In this document: positions 1-13,000 of the stretch, piece by piece | How positions within the stretch are numbered: position 1 is the first letter of the stretch | Layout: each line of letters starts with the position of its first letter | DNA from: Enoplolaimus lenunculus | Lineage: Eukaryota | DNA length: 64,000 nucleotides | NCBI GenBank assembly: GCA_030248215.1 | Contig: JASANG010002067.1 | Span: 62,001-126,000, forward strand | Direction: 5' to 3' | Notes under the pieces: model-generated | What the model was told of the DNA's origin: nothing | The model's database searches: none | The model's input: only the letters and a program-made list of their open reading frames with translations | Position numbers and translations under genes: made by a program

Positions 1-3000
1 TTCACCCCAACGGTTGGTTTCACCCCAACGGTTGGTTTCACCCCAACGGTTGGTTTCACCCCAACGGTTGGTTTTGCCCCAACGGTTGGTTTTGCCCCAA
101 CGGTTGGTTTCACCCCAACGGTTGGTTTCACCCCAACAGTCGGTTCCACCCCAACGGTTGGTTTTACCCCAACGGTTGGTTTTACCCCAACGGTTGGTTT
201 CACCCCAACAGTCGGTTCCACCCCAACGGTTGGTTTCACCCCAACAGTCGGTTTCACCCCAACGGTTGGTTTCATCCCAACGGTTGGTTTCACCCCAACG
301 GTTGGTTTTGCCCCAACGGTTGGTTTTGCCCCAACGGTTGGTTTCACCCCAACGGTTGGTTTCACCCCAACAGTCGGTTCCACCCCAACGGTTGGTTTTA
401 CCCCAACGGTTGGTTTCACCCCAACAGTCGGTTCCACTCCAACGGTTGGTTTCACCCCAACAGTCGGTTTCACCCCAACGGTTGGTTTCATCCCAACGGT
501 TGGTTTCACCCCAACGGTTGGTTTTGCCCCAACGGTTGGTTTTGCCCCAACGGTTGGTTTCACCCCAACGGTTGGTTTCACCCCAACGGTTGGTTTCACC
601 CCAACGGTTGGTTTCACCCCAACGGTTGGTTTCACCCCAACGGTTGGTTTCACCCCAACGGTTGGTTTCACCCCAACAGTCGGTTCCACCCCAACGGTTG
701 GTTTTACCCCAACGGTTGGTTTCACCCCAACAGTCGGTTCCACCCCAACGGTTGGTTTCACCCCAACGGTTGGTTTCACCCCAACGGTTGGTTTCACCCC
801 AACGGTTGGTTTCACCCCAACAGTCGGTTTCACCCCAACGGTTGGTTTCACCCCAACGGTTGGTTTCACCCCAACGGTTGGTTTCACCCCAACGGTTGGT
901 TTTGCCCCAACGGTTGGTTTTGCCCCAACGGTTGGTTTCACCCCAACGGTTGGTTTCACCCCAACAGTCGGTTCCACCCCAACGGTTGGTTTCACCCCAA
1001 CGGTTGGTTTCACCCCAACAGTCGGTTCCACCCCAACGGTTGGTTTTACCCCAACGGTTGGTTTCACCCCAACAGTCGGTTCCACCCCAACGGTTGGTTT
1101 CACCCCAACGGTTGGTTTCACCCCAACGGTTGGTTTCACCCCAACGGTTGGTTTCACCCCAACGGTCGGTTTCACCCCAACGGTTGGTTTCACCCCAACG
1201 GTTGGTTTCACCCCAACGGTTGGTTTCACCCCAACGGTTGGTTTTGCCCCAACGGTTGGTTTTGCCCCAACGGTTGGTTTCACCCCAACGGTTGGTTTCA
1301 CCCCAACAGTCGGTTCCACCCCAACGGTTGGTTTTACCCCAACGGTTGGTTTTACCCCAACGGTTGGTTTCACCCCAACAGTCGGTTCCACTCCAACGGT
1401 TGGTTTCACCCCAACAGTCGGTTTCACCCCAACGGTTGGTTTCATCCCAACGGTTGGTTTCACCCCAACGGTTGGTTTTGCCCCAACGGTTGGTTTTGCC
1501 CCAACGGTTGGTTTCACCCCAACGGTTGGTTTCACCCCAACAGTCGGTTCCACCCCAACGGTTGGTTTTACCCCAACGGTTGGTTTCACCCCAACAGTCG
1601 GTTCCACCCCAACGGTTGGTTTCACCCCAACAGTCGGTTTCACCCCAACGGTTGGTTTCACCCCAACGGTTGGTTTCACCCCAACGGTTGGTTTTGCCCC
1701 AACGGTTGGTTTTGCCCCAACGGTTGGTTTCACCCCAACGGTTGGTTTCACCCCAACAGTCGGTTCCACCCCAACGGTTGGTTTTACCCCAACGGTTGGT
1801 TTCACCCCAACAGTCGGTTCCACCCCAACGGTTGGTTTCACCCCAACGGTTGGTTTCACCCCAACGGTTGGTTTTGCCCCAACGGTTGGTTTCACCCCAA
1901 CGGTTGGTTTCACCCCAACGGTTGGTTTCACCCCAACGGTTGGTTTCACCCCAACGGTTGGTTTCACCCCAACGGTTGGTTTCACCCCAACAGTCGGTTC
2001 CACCCCAACGGTTGGTTTTACCCCAACGGTTGGTTTCACCCCAACAGTCGGTTTCACCCCAACGGTTGGTTTCACCCCAACGGTTGGTTTCACCCCAACG
2101 GTTGGTTTCACCCCAACGGTTGGTTTCACCCCAACGGTTGGTTTCACCCCAACAGTCGGTTTCACCCCAACGGTTGGTTTCACCCCAACGGTTGGTTTCA
2201 CCCCAACGGTTGGTTTCACCCCAACGGTTGGTTTTGCCCCAACGGTTGGTTTTGCCCCAACGGTTGGTTTCACCCCAACGGTTGGTTTCACCCCAACAGT
2301 CGGTTCCACCCCAACGGTTGGTTTTACCCCAACGGTTGGTTTCACCCCAACGGTTGGTTTCACCCCAACGGTTGGTTTCACCCCAACGGTTGGTTTCACC
2401 CCAACAGTCGGTTTCACCCCAACGGTTGGTTTCATCCCAACGGTTGGTTTCACCCCAACGGTTGGTTTTGCCCCAACGGTTGGTTTTGCCCCAACGGTTG
2501 GTTTCACCCCAACGGTTGGTTTCACCCCAACAGTCGGTTCCACCCCAACGGTTGGTTTTACCCCAACGGTTGGTTTCACCCCAACAGTCGGTTCCACCCC
2601 AACGGTTGGTTTCACCCCAACGGTTGGTTTCACCCCAACGGTTGGTTTCACCCCAACGGTTGGTTTTGCCCCAACGGTTGGTTTTGCCCCAACGGTTGGT
2701 TTCACCCCAACGGTTGGTTTCACCCCAACAGTCGGTTCCACCCCAACGGTTGGTTTCACCCCAACGGTTGGTTTCACCCCAACAGTTGGTTTCACCCCAA
2801 CAGTCGGTTTCCACCCCAACGGTTGGTTTCACCCCAACAGTCGGTTTCACCCCAACGGTTGGTTTCATCCCAACGGTTGGTTTCACCCCAACGGTTGGTT
2901 TCGCCCCAACGGTTGGTTTTGCCCCAACGGTTGGTTTCACCCCAACGGTTGGTTTCACCCCAACAGTCGGTTCCACCCCAACGGTTGGTTTTACCCCAAC

Positions 3001-4540
3001 GGTTGGTTTCACCCCAACAGTCGGTTCCACCCCAACGGTTGGTTTCACCCCAACGGTTGGTTTCACCCCAACGGTTGGTTTTGCCCCAACGGTTGGTTTC
3101 ACCCCAACAGTCGGTTTCACCCCAACGGTTGGTTTCACCCCAACGGTTGGTTTCACCCCAACGGTTGGTTTCACCCCAACGGTTGGTTTTGCCCCAACGG
3201 TTGGTTTTGGCTTAACGGTTGGTTTTGCCCCAACGGTTGGTTTCACCCCAACAGTCGGTTCCACCCCAACGGTTGGTTTCACCCCAACGGTTGGTTTCAC
3301 CCCAACAGTCGGTTTCATCCCAACAGTCGGTTTCACCCCAACGGTTGGTTTCACCCCAACGGTTGGTTTCACCCCAACGGTTGGTTTCACCCCAACGGTT
3401 GGTTTTGCCCCAACGGTTGGTTTTGCCCCAACGGTTGGTTTTGCCCCAACGGTTGGTTTTGCCCCAACGGTTAACTTCACCCCAACAGTCGGTTCCACCC
3501 CAACGGTTGGTTTCACCCCAACGGTTGGTTTCACCCCAACAGTCGGTTTCACCCCAACGGTTGTTTTCACCCCAACAGTCGGTTTCACCCCAACGGTTGG
3601 TTTCACCCCAACGGTTGGTTTTACCCCAACGGTTGGTTTTGCCCCAACGGTTGGTTTTGCCCCAACGGTTGGTTTTGCACCAACGGTTGGTTTCACCCCA
3701 ACGGTTGGTTTCAACCCAACGGTTGGTTTCACACCAACGGTTGGTTTTACTCCAACGGTGGGCTTCACCCCAACGGTTGGTTTCACTCCAACGATCGGTT
3801 CACCCCAACGATTGGTTTCATCCTAACGGTTGGTTTTACCCAAATGGTTGGTTTCACCCCAACGGTCGTTTTCACCCCAACGGTTGGTTTCACCTCAACG
3901 GTTGGTTTCAGCCAAATGGTTGGTTTTACCCCAACGGTTGACCCCAACGGTTGGATTCACCTCAACGGTTGGTTTCACTCCAACGGTTGGTTTCACCCCA
4001 ACGATTGGTTTCACCCCAACGATTGGTTTCACCCTAACCATTGGTTTCACCCCAACGGTCGGTTTCATCCCAACGGTCGGTTTCAGCCCAACGGTTGATT
4101 TCACACAACGGTTGATTTCACCCTAACGGTTGGTTTCAACCCAACGGTTGGTTTCAGCCCAACGGTTGGTTTCACCCCAACGGTTGGTTTCACCCCAACG
4201 GTTGGTTTTACCTCAACGGTTGGTTTCACCTCAACGGTCGATTTCATCCCAACGGTTGGTTTCACTCCAACGGTTGGTTTCACCCCAACGGTTGGTTTCA
4301 CCCCAACGGTTGGTTTCACCCCAACGGTTGGTTTCACCCTAACGGTTGGTTTTGCCCAACGGTTCGTTTCACCCCAGGGGCTCGTTTCACCCCAGCGGTT
4401 AATTTCACCCCAGCGGTTAATTTTGCCCCAGAGGTTAGTTTCACCCTAACGGCTGGTTTCACCTCAACGGTCGGTTTCAGCCCAAGGGTTGGTTTCACAC
4501 AAACGGTTAGCTTCACCGCAACGGACGATGTCACCCCAAT
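1..4540. repeat. 18-bp tandem satellite (consensus TTCACCCCAACGGTTGGT), ~250 units, running off the window start and degenerating toward 4540
   Basis: 18-bp periodicity is directly visible, with internal dyad CCAAC-G-GTTGG. Recurring variants are TTTGCC.., TTTACC.., TCCACC.., ..ACAGTCGGT and TTCATC... Indels occur near 2810, 3797, 3938, 4105 and 4355. Confidence 0.97.
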
Positions 4541-4571
4541 GGATTAATGCAGCAGCTTGGTAAAGCGGTTG

Positions 4572-5473
4572 AAACTAGAAAAAAATGCTCAGCACTTGAG
4601 CAAAAAGGGATATGTTTCATATTCCTATTAAAAGTATGGTAAACTAGATCAGCACATTCGCTTGATGTAACCTGGAAAAGTATTAAGAAACAATAGCTGC
4701 CAAAATCATGTTAATTATTAATTTTTCTGAAACATATTGCGGACAGCAAAATTTCTGTAATATTTTTGTAAGAAACAGATGCTTTTCTTGAATGCAAAGC
4801 GAAATTATTTCTGAAATGTAGACAGATGTAGCTTGGAATCCATGAATATATATTGAAGTTTTCTACAAAACGTATTAAATTTACCTATGGCTTTGTATTA
4901 CCATAGTTAATTGAATTTCATAAGAGCATTGTGTGGCGACATAATGGCTGTTAGAGTTTTGATGACCAATTTTGTTAGATACTTTCGTGAACAGACGTCA
5001 CAAAACGAATCGCAATTGATGCTTTAAAAAGGCTCCACTTATAAGTGACCTTTGAGTTTACTCGATTTTTTACCTTAGTGACAAATTATATAAATGCGCA
5101 TTTCCACCCGAGTTATTTATCTGTTTCACTGCATAGTCACGACTATTGAAGCTCACAAATCGCACCGTATTCTGGCACCATCGATTAACTTGCAAAATCA
5201 AAGAGCGGTATACCTCAGCCATGTCTCTGCGACCCTAAGGAATTTCTGAAAATTGCTAACAAGTCCTGTCAAAAACTTCAATGTTAGAAATAGATTTGCT
5301 GTCCGCAATATGTTTCAGAAAAATTAATAATTAACATGATTTTGGCAGCTATTGTTTCTTAATACTTTTCCAGGTTACATCAAGCGAATGTGCTGATCTA
5401 GTTTACCATACTTTTAATAGGAATATGAAACATATCCCTTTTTGCTCAAGTGCTGAGCATTTTTTTCTAGTTT
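4572..5473. mobile_element. ~900-bp non-autonomous DNA element with 179-bp terminal inverted repeats
   Basis: 4572-4750 (AAACTAGAAAAAAATGCTCAGCAC...GGACAGCAAA) is the reverse complement of 5295-5473 with no mismatch seen by eye. No ORF lies inside and no clear TSD was found. Confidence 0.85.
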
Positions 5474-6543
5474 AACTTCACAATCCTTGCTAGCTACTAG
5501 ACGGTTTCATTCCAAAAACGTTGATTGTTGTGTGCCACATTTGCATCGAGACATCCGCGTAATTGTTCTGCAATTCTTGCTACATCACTCGTTTTGTTCG
5601 GAAACGTTTCACGACCGATTGCTATAATTTTTGCTGAATGTAAAGCTAAAGTTTTTTAATTTGTTTGTGGCGCTTACCATCATTTCGTTTGTGTGAGCTG
5701 AATGAGACTGCATTTTCGACTATTTTACTGTGTGATGGCCAAAAGTTGTATCACGGCTTCAAGATCGTGTGTTTTCTAACTAAGGTTTACTGTGCCACTT
5801 GATCAGTAGCATTTGTCGGGTTCTGGCAGACACTGGATTCCAGTCGCTGTAACGTTGCAATCACATCTTGCTCGACGATCTGTCACTGACATCGTTTAGT
5901 AAGCCAAAATGCGATTTACTTACAAGTAGTTCTCAGCTGCTTAGGATGGCTTGTCGGTCAGAATAACTCGGCAAAATTTGATCGATTTTGTGTGTCCGGC
6001 AAACGAAAAAGTCTCGAAAGTTTCAAACGTTTGACCGCTATTGCCCGCTTGTCATCACCAATTGGTACGAATAAAGAAACGCGAACTTTTCCTAGTCAGT
6101 TGTTGTGGTACGATTAGCAAACCTGGTCTGCCGTTGGGCCCTCAATTCGAGTCGTGAGTTGCAGAAAACTAACAGCCCACAACATCATAACTATAAATCT
6201 CTCAAAAGTGACACAGAAAAATTGCGATGCAAGAAAATCGCGACGATCTTTGGTGGCAAACGTGTCAGATAGTGGTTCTGACGACATTCACTGCCCATCC
6301 TAAAAGGCTAGACATCATAGCTAACGCTAGGTTAAGTTGGTTTACCCCAATAAGCACAATTTTATATTAACTACTGGTACAGGCAAACTTGACTCAGTTG
6401 AATGCAGTCAGTCACTTTACATTTATTTGTTTATCGTAAACAAAGAAAATGCGAAATTCGTAGTTTATGCACGTTAAAATGCTCGTGCTAATATACAAAT
6501 ATTTGTCTAACCGCCCGCCAAGGATCTGGGTACAAAACGAAGC

Positions 6544-6746
6544 GGCCCATGTATAGAACAGGGAAGGATTGCATTCTGGAGGGGCTATAACAGAGTAAGT
6601 TTAAGCTTTAGACTATTTTTTGCTTAGGCTTAGGCTTGGCTTGGGAATAGGCTCATCCATACGCTTAGGCTTAGGCTTAGGCTTAGGGTTAGGCTTAGGA
6701 ATATGATGCTTATACGACTGTTCCGGCCCTGTTCTATACATGGGCC
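6544..6746. mobile_element. MITE with GG...CC termini and 8-bp TSD (Merlin-like) carrying TTAGGC telomeric repeats
   Basis: 20-bp perfect TIR GGCCCATGTATAGAACAGGG. TSD AACGAAGC at 6536-6543 and 6747-6754. (TTAGGC)n tracts at ~6622-6700. Confidence 0.85.
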
Positions 6747-7448
6747 AACGAAGCTGTAACTTGCGTGTTAGGTACAATGCTATGCGGTACGTTGATACTA
6801 TTAAGCAACTGTATCGTCACTGTCCCAAGGGTGTCGGGCAAGCAATTCAGCAAAATAAATATTTGTGTATGTGTGCTTGCGTTGTTGTTTATGTCTGCGA
6901 TGCAATAAGAACACAGTGCGAAATGTTTTTACGTCCTCGTTAGGGGCTACCGGAATTTATAGTGGTCTCGTAACAGACTGTCAAAACGATGTCGGGCCTT
7001 ACACAGACCCAGAAATGGTTTGCAGTAGCGCGAGCAGTATAACGTGGATGGCCCATAAAACTATGATACGTTAATGAACACCGAGTTCAGTCTTAACATG
7101 TGTAACGGCAGCACGGTTTAGTATCCTAGTAGGTTAAGATTTATATCTACAATTGTAGCTTATGTTATCTAAAAGCGACAATGCTGAATCCATGATAGCA
7201 ACTTATCTTATAAACTAAACAAAAATTGCAAAAGCATTAATACTAGCCTGCCTCCATTTAAAAATTGTAACATAATGTCACTCACAACATACCATACGTG
7301 CACTTCCTATATCCATCGTCCACCTATACTGTTAAAAAGGCTAGCTATACTGTTATTGCGAAACTGTGTAGATATTTTGGCTCTAAATAAAAATGTCCGC
7401 ATAGAGATTATTGCACTGCCGGACATTTTGTATACAGTTTGCACATTA

Positions 7449-7893
7449 CTGTATTGACCCGAATAAGAGGGGGGCTGATATTTATTTGGCCTCTCCAGAG
7501 GGAACCCCCTTGTTATTCGGTTATGGACTGTTATTTATTTTAGCACACGCTCCGCCACCCTTCGTTACTGATATATATCCGGTACTGCAAATATCCGTTA
7601 AATTAAATGGTTGTTTGTGTTGTGTCAATAGCTTGAGCGATAATGCAAGGTTATACGTTGGAATGTACTTTCAAAACTTAAGTACGCTTTAAAGTTTCGA
7701 AGTCAAATTATTTGGACCTGGAGTCATTTATGCGCTACAATTAGGGATAATTGACATTTATGGACTCTAATTTAGGTTTAAGGACTCTATCCGGTTTACG
7801 GACTCTTATGAGGAATACGGACTGCTATTGATCGGCACTCAAAAAGGGGACCCCTCTTATTACCCCCCCCCCCTCTTATTCGGGTCAATACAG
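7449..7893. mobile_element. TA-flanked MITE (Tc1/mariner-pogo superfamily-like)
   Basis: TIR CTGTATTGACCCGAATAAGAGGGGGG and its reverse complement, both flanked by TA. Related copies at 25340-25751, 27918-30210, 30835-31050, 60332-60743 and ~62600-62910. Confidence 0.85.
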
Positions 7894-8094
7894 TAGGATA
7901 ATATTAAATATGCAGTTGAACGAGCTGTCAGGCATTATGGTTATAGTCTGAAAGTTGTCGCAGGAAAGCGGTAAATAAGATAATTGTTACTCCGTTATGT
8001 GTTGTTTTTTGCATGCTATTCTTTGGAAACATGTACGAAAAGCGGCAAAGTATTTTGGCAGGATGATTTTCTCACGCTAAAACTAGAATTTATC

Positions 8095-8422
8095 GAAGTA
8101 GTTTGATTTTCCCGCTAAAATTCGAATTCTACGCCAAAAGTTGAGTTTGTGGCCAAAATTTCCATTTTCCCAGCCAAAATTTGAATTTAAAGCCAAAATT
8201 TTACTTTTCCACTTAAATTTGAAATTCCCACCAAGATTTGAATTTTTCCACCAAAATTTATATTTTCGGACAAATTTTAACTTTTCAAGCATAGGCATGA
8301 ATTTGAATTTCCACCCAAAGTAGAATTTTACTGCCAAAATTTGAATATCTCGCCAACCATTAAACTTTTCCGCCAAAATTTAATTTTTCGTGCTAAAATT
8401 TGAATTTTCCGCCAAAATTTTA
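8095..8422. repeat. Degenerate ~19-20-bp tandem repeat (AATTTGAATTTTCCCGCCAAA-like)
   Basis: Repeated CCAAAATTTGAATTT motifs at ~19-20-bp spacing. Confidence 0.8.
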
Positions 8423-8827
8423 AACATGTAAATGTCCTAGGTGTTCCTGGAAAACAGTCTTGTTTGTATAGTGTTTCTGCGAAACGCTATGGTGTCCGCG
8501 ACTAGCTATGATAGTAATAAGAATAGGTTTCGACAAAACAAACCAGACACCTGAACACTTATTGTACGTGTGAGTGACATAAGCAAATCATTTGCACGGC
8601 ATAAAGTTGATTTAATACGTGTCAATTGTTTTTGCACTAGTACCAAGATTGTAATCTGCTCTTGAAGTACCAAAAGTTTGTACTACATTTGGTTTGCGTG
8701 AAGATAAAAGCTCTTGTGTTTATTCTCTTCCAACCTATCAGTTAAAATTGCATGCAGTGCGACGTCTTTTTGATATTAAGTCGATCCAAAGACCAGGGTA
8801 CTGTAAAGTTGGAGGAACAAAACCAGT

Positions 8828-8969
8828 GGCCCATGTATAGAACAGGTCCGAATCGTTTTCCGGAGGGCTATATCAGAGTCAGTTTAAGCCTTAGACTAAT
8901 GTTTTTGCTTAGGCTTAGGCTTAGAAATATGTTTATACGACTGTTCTGGCCCAGTTCTATACATGGACC
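8828..8969. mobile_element. Second, shorter copy of the TTAGGC-bearing Merlin-like MITE
   Basis: Same TIR (GGCCCATGTATAGAAC / GTTCTATACATGGACC), near-perfect TSD AAACCAGT/GAACCAGT, and internal GCTTAGGCTTAGGCTTAG. Confidence 0.8.
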
Positions 8970-10014
8970 GAACCAGTGGTACATTCCGAGTTGTCTAGGT
9001 GCATTCTTTGAACTACATACTTCAGAAATTAGGGTTTCAGCGGTTTAACATTTTAAAGTTTGCAACAAGTTCATTTTTACGGCATCGGCCTGACGTTGCG
9101 TACGTATTAATAAGTTCAAAAGTGTGGTACCATTCTATAGCAATAATGTCTTCAGATTGATAGAAGTTTAGTTTATATTAAACTATGTAGGATTACAAAA
9201 ACGAATCGAAATGCCAAACGAAGCTACGAATAACGCTGAAACTTTTATATCATTTCAAATGTTATAATCTCAACATTACACGAGCACGACAATAACAAGG
9301 AAGAACTGACCAGGATAAGCCAGTGTAAAAACGAATGATTCTATTAAAAGCATAGCCTCGTCTTAAGCTTCAACCATATTTTGAGAGAGTCAACTCTAAA
9401 TCTAACGTTTCAGCCAAAATCCAGATTTGTCGTTTCTGACTGACAAGATATACCAACTAGTACTAGAGCTGTCTTACGGCCGTGTAGGATAAATACAAAA
9501 ATTACGGTACATGAAGGCTAAAGCTCGGGACTTATCTTCACGGGACAGTAGCATTAAACCTGACTCGTTAAGAGTGCAATCCCGGTCGTGCTATTCAAGT
9601 TTGTGTTTGTCTTATATAAAGTATAACAATAAAGTAACAAATACGTTTAAAATTTTCTCTAAAACTTTCTTTTCTATTTCTTGCAGACAGTTTGTTAACA
9701 AAACCAAAATTTTATGCTTTTTGTACCGTGGTACAAGCTAGTTGTAACTTCAATATAGGTAACTGTTATTTTAAATTACTTGGCTATGCTGCTGCGATAC
9801 TGAAAAACTTAAGTTTTATTATACTTATAAATTTTTAAAGCCGACACAATTCGGGAAGTTTCTGTATCATCTCAGACCGCACTTTATTAGCTAGAGGGCT
9901 TTGCTACGCAATATTTTATACTTCTTTTGCACAGAGATTTGTAACAGAATGTCAAATTTTTGAAGTTATTTTAACTAAACAATTTTATAAATTAGAGTAC
10001 AGTGCTTTTCTAAA

Positions 10015-13000
10015 ATGGTTGCCGCAGACGAAAAAATTTGCATCCCGGGTAAGTGAAAAGAATTGGTTTTTGACAAGTTTCTACCACTGCCTTATAAGTA
10101 AAAAAGCTTATGCATAGCATGTGCAATACCTACATATGCAGAAGTTGTATTATACGTGCAACAACCAAAAAGTTCGGCGGCAGTATCACGCTGTGAAGGT
10201 CTTTACTGAATAAGTACCATTTGCTTCATGGAATGCAATTTATCGCAATGGAAAAATTTTTTGCCTGAACTGCGGAATTAATTTATTCTACGACGATGTT
10301 TCAAAAACACAAGTTCAATAAACCATTAGGGATGTGCCGATACCAAAGTTTTTGCCAATGCCATATCGATGCCGTTTCTTATTTTGAAGTTTTGCCAATG
10401 CTAATGCAGATGTCAGTTCCAACTTTAGTAAACCATGCTTAATAAGCAGACAGAATACTACATTACATTATTATATGAAGGCTTAAACCATAACCATCAT
10501 AAACGATTATAACTTTATAAGAACGGTTAATTTCAATTAATTTTTTCAAACACAAACGGAAGAGAGATAACAATTTTCCTGAGCAGACACACTATTGTGC
10601 GCCCAGAAATGAAATTGATAGTTTTGCAATGCTGATGTAGATACTCACGAAAAATGCCGATTGTTGCCGATGCCGATTAATCGGCACATCCCTTGTTATA
10701 AGTTCTGTTACGCTGCGGCTAAATTGGGATATTGACCATTACAAAGGTATTCGAAAAACGCTGTCTTTCATATGAAAATTAACGTATATAATACGTTTAA
10801 CTATGTGTATTTATTAGTAGTATTGTTGTAGGTGAGCAGTTGTTCAGCACCATAACACATGAATACAAATCAGGTCGTGGTACCTACGTAAGACATGGTA
10901 TGATTTTCGCATCGCTTGCTGGTCGAATGGTTTTAAAACAACCTACAGAAGACGACGAAAAAGTTAGTGTTTGTGTAGTATCACAGCAAGTCTAAAAACT
11001 ATACTTTATCGTCATCTAATACGCTAGTCTTATATTTCTATTTTAGTCTTTCGAATTTTGAGTAATCTGAGCTTACTCAATTTCCTAGATTACAAATTCA
11101 AATACTCAGCTGTTATTTATGTAGACTCGTGCTACATTTAGACTTGTTCAAGTTGTCTGAATCTTTATCCTCTAAATTAGTACATCAGGGTTCAATGTCA
11201 AACGTACACTAAATAATACCGGAGTCGTATATTAAATGCATATTTCAACGAAAAGTTAAACATAATCACGATAATTTAACACCTTCGCTGTAACTTTACT
11301 GCAAGAGCCTTGGTATTAAGTGGGTTTCTTGGAGTGGTTATTTTTGTCATTTCGAACAAAGTTCACAGCTAAACATTCGGTGTTTGGTCATAAAGAATAT
11401 AATAATATAGAGATTGTTTATGTTATACCTTTCAGCAATTGCTATCAGGCAATGTTGCATGCCGTCGCCGGAGCCGGGTGTCGATTTTTTGGCGGAGCCG
11501 GAGCCGGGTGTCGATTTTTTGGCGGAGCCGGAGCCGTATATCTGGTTAAACCTAGTATATACGTTTTGTATTGCTAGTTTTCAAAGTTTCAGTATGCAAT
11601 AGGAACAAGCCTCAAAGTTGAACGCCTTTACTGTTAACGTACATATCTAACAATCTATAATGAAATGTGTTTAAATGATTTTGGTTTCAGATTTGATGTA
11701 GTTAAACGATAAACCTGACAGCACGTCTAAAATGTAATAATTAGTGAGTGGAATAAAACTATTGTATAAACTTAGAACAGTGGCCTTTTGACAAGCCATG
11801 TTAGCCAGAGCACAAATTGGAGCTCTGCGTACGGCTGCTGCAGAAAATTGATCTCGGTCTGTGACTGCGGTATAACTGTTGCCGTACGCTACGCCATAGG
11901 CAGTCACTTCCAATTATATCGTATTTCTATATATAACTAAGTGGCGCTATCCAGTATGCACTTATGTCAATAGATTATCGGGGTTTGCTTGCCCCCGTTT
12001 TAAGCACCACTCGAGATTTTGTTCCCGGTTGAGTATTTTTAGCTTTAAAAATTTTGACTTTTTTGGCGTCAAACACTTGTTTGTATAGTATTTATTTTAG
12101 TTATAATTTAATAGGTGAGCATGTACGTAAAATGTGTTTACATGTTATATTTAAAACAGTAATTTTGTTGGTAAAATTACCCTTTTACGCTCTAGATTTT
12201 CCACCCGGTTTATATTTAAAACAGTAATTTTGTTGGTAAAATTACCCTTTTACGCTCTAGATTTTCCACCCGGTTGCCAACAGAGGGCCCCCGGTTGGAA
12301 CCCCTCCGTCGAGATCCAGCAAATGCCTATACGTTTAGGGCCATTTTTAAAGTGTTTATTCCGGAAATTTCTCAAAAAGGAAGCTTGAACCCCAAATATA
12401 TCATATATTCTAAACGTGGAAAGTTATAATCTACGTAAGTTACATTGTTACATTTTAGGAACTCACTGTCGAAGTTCATCGCACAACAGATGGCGCAGGT
12501 GGATCTCATTCAGTTCCCTTTCCAACTGCCGTGGTAACTGTTCGAGTAAGATTACAGTTATTACTAACATTACTAAATGAAACACCAAATTATCTATCCG
12601 ATTGTAGCATTAGCGTTGGATATCAATGTGCTGCTAGTTGCTGTAACTAGGGTGCAACCGGAATTACAATTTACCGGAACCGGAACCGAAGTTTGATAAA
12701 ATTACCGGAAACTCAACCGGAACCGGAAAATGAAAAATACATGTCACCGAAAAATTTATTTTTACTTTCTTTTTTTTTGCAATATTGTTGGTGAAATAAC
12801 CCTAGTTGGAGACAGGTATTCACTTTATCTGCTGTATTCTAAATTCTCATAATCCACGGAAGCAAAATCTACCTTCGATGGTTTATTTTCGGCGTTTGTG
12901 AAGGTTTATATACTATACGAATGAAGTTTCAAGTAAAATATACCAAATGTTAATACCCGATTTTCTAATTTGGATAAAAATTCACCGGAACCGGAATTCC

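Noticed and set aside
14..3826. 1270-aa ORF (VSPQRL)n and overlapping ORFs
   Set aside because: By-product of a stop-free 18-bp satellite. It changes register at an indel and has no ATG context or unique domain.
1..4540. CRISPR-like array of palindromic repeats
   Set aside because: No unique spacers, units are contiguous, the context is eukaryotic and no cas genes are present.
5480..6330. Possible decayed coding sequence next to the long-TIR element
   Set aside because: Only short open stretches, with no recognisable motif or consistent splice sites.
6622..6700. True telomere or chromosome fusion point
   Set aside because: The tract is short, interrupted and enclosed by MITE TIRs and a TSD.
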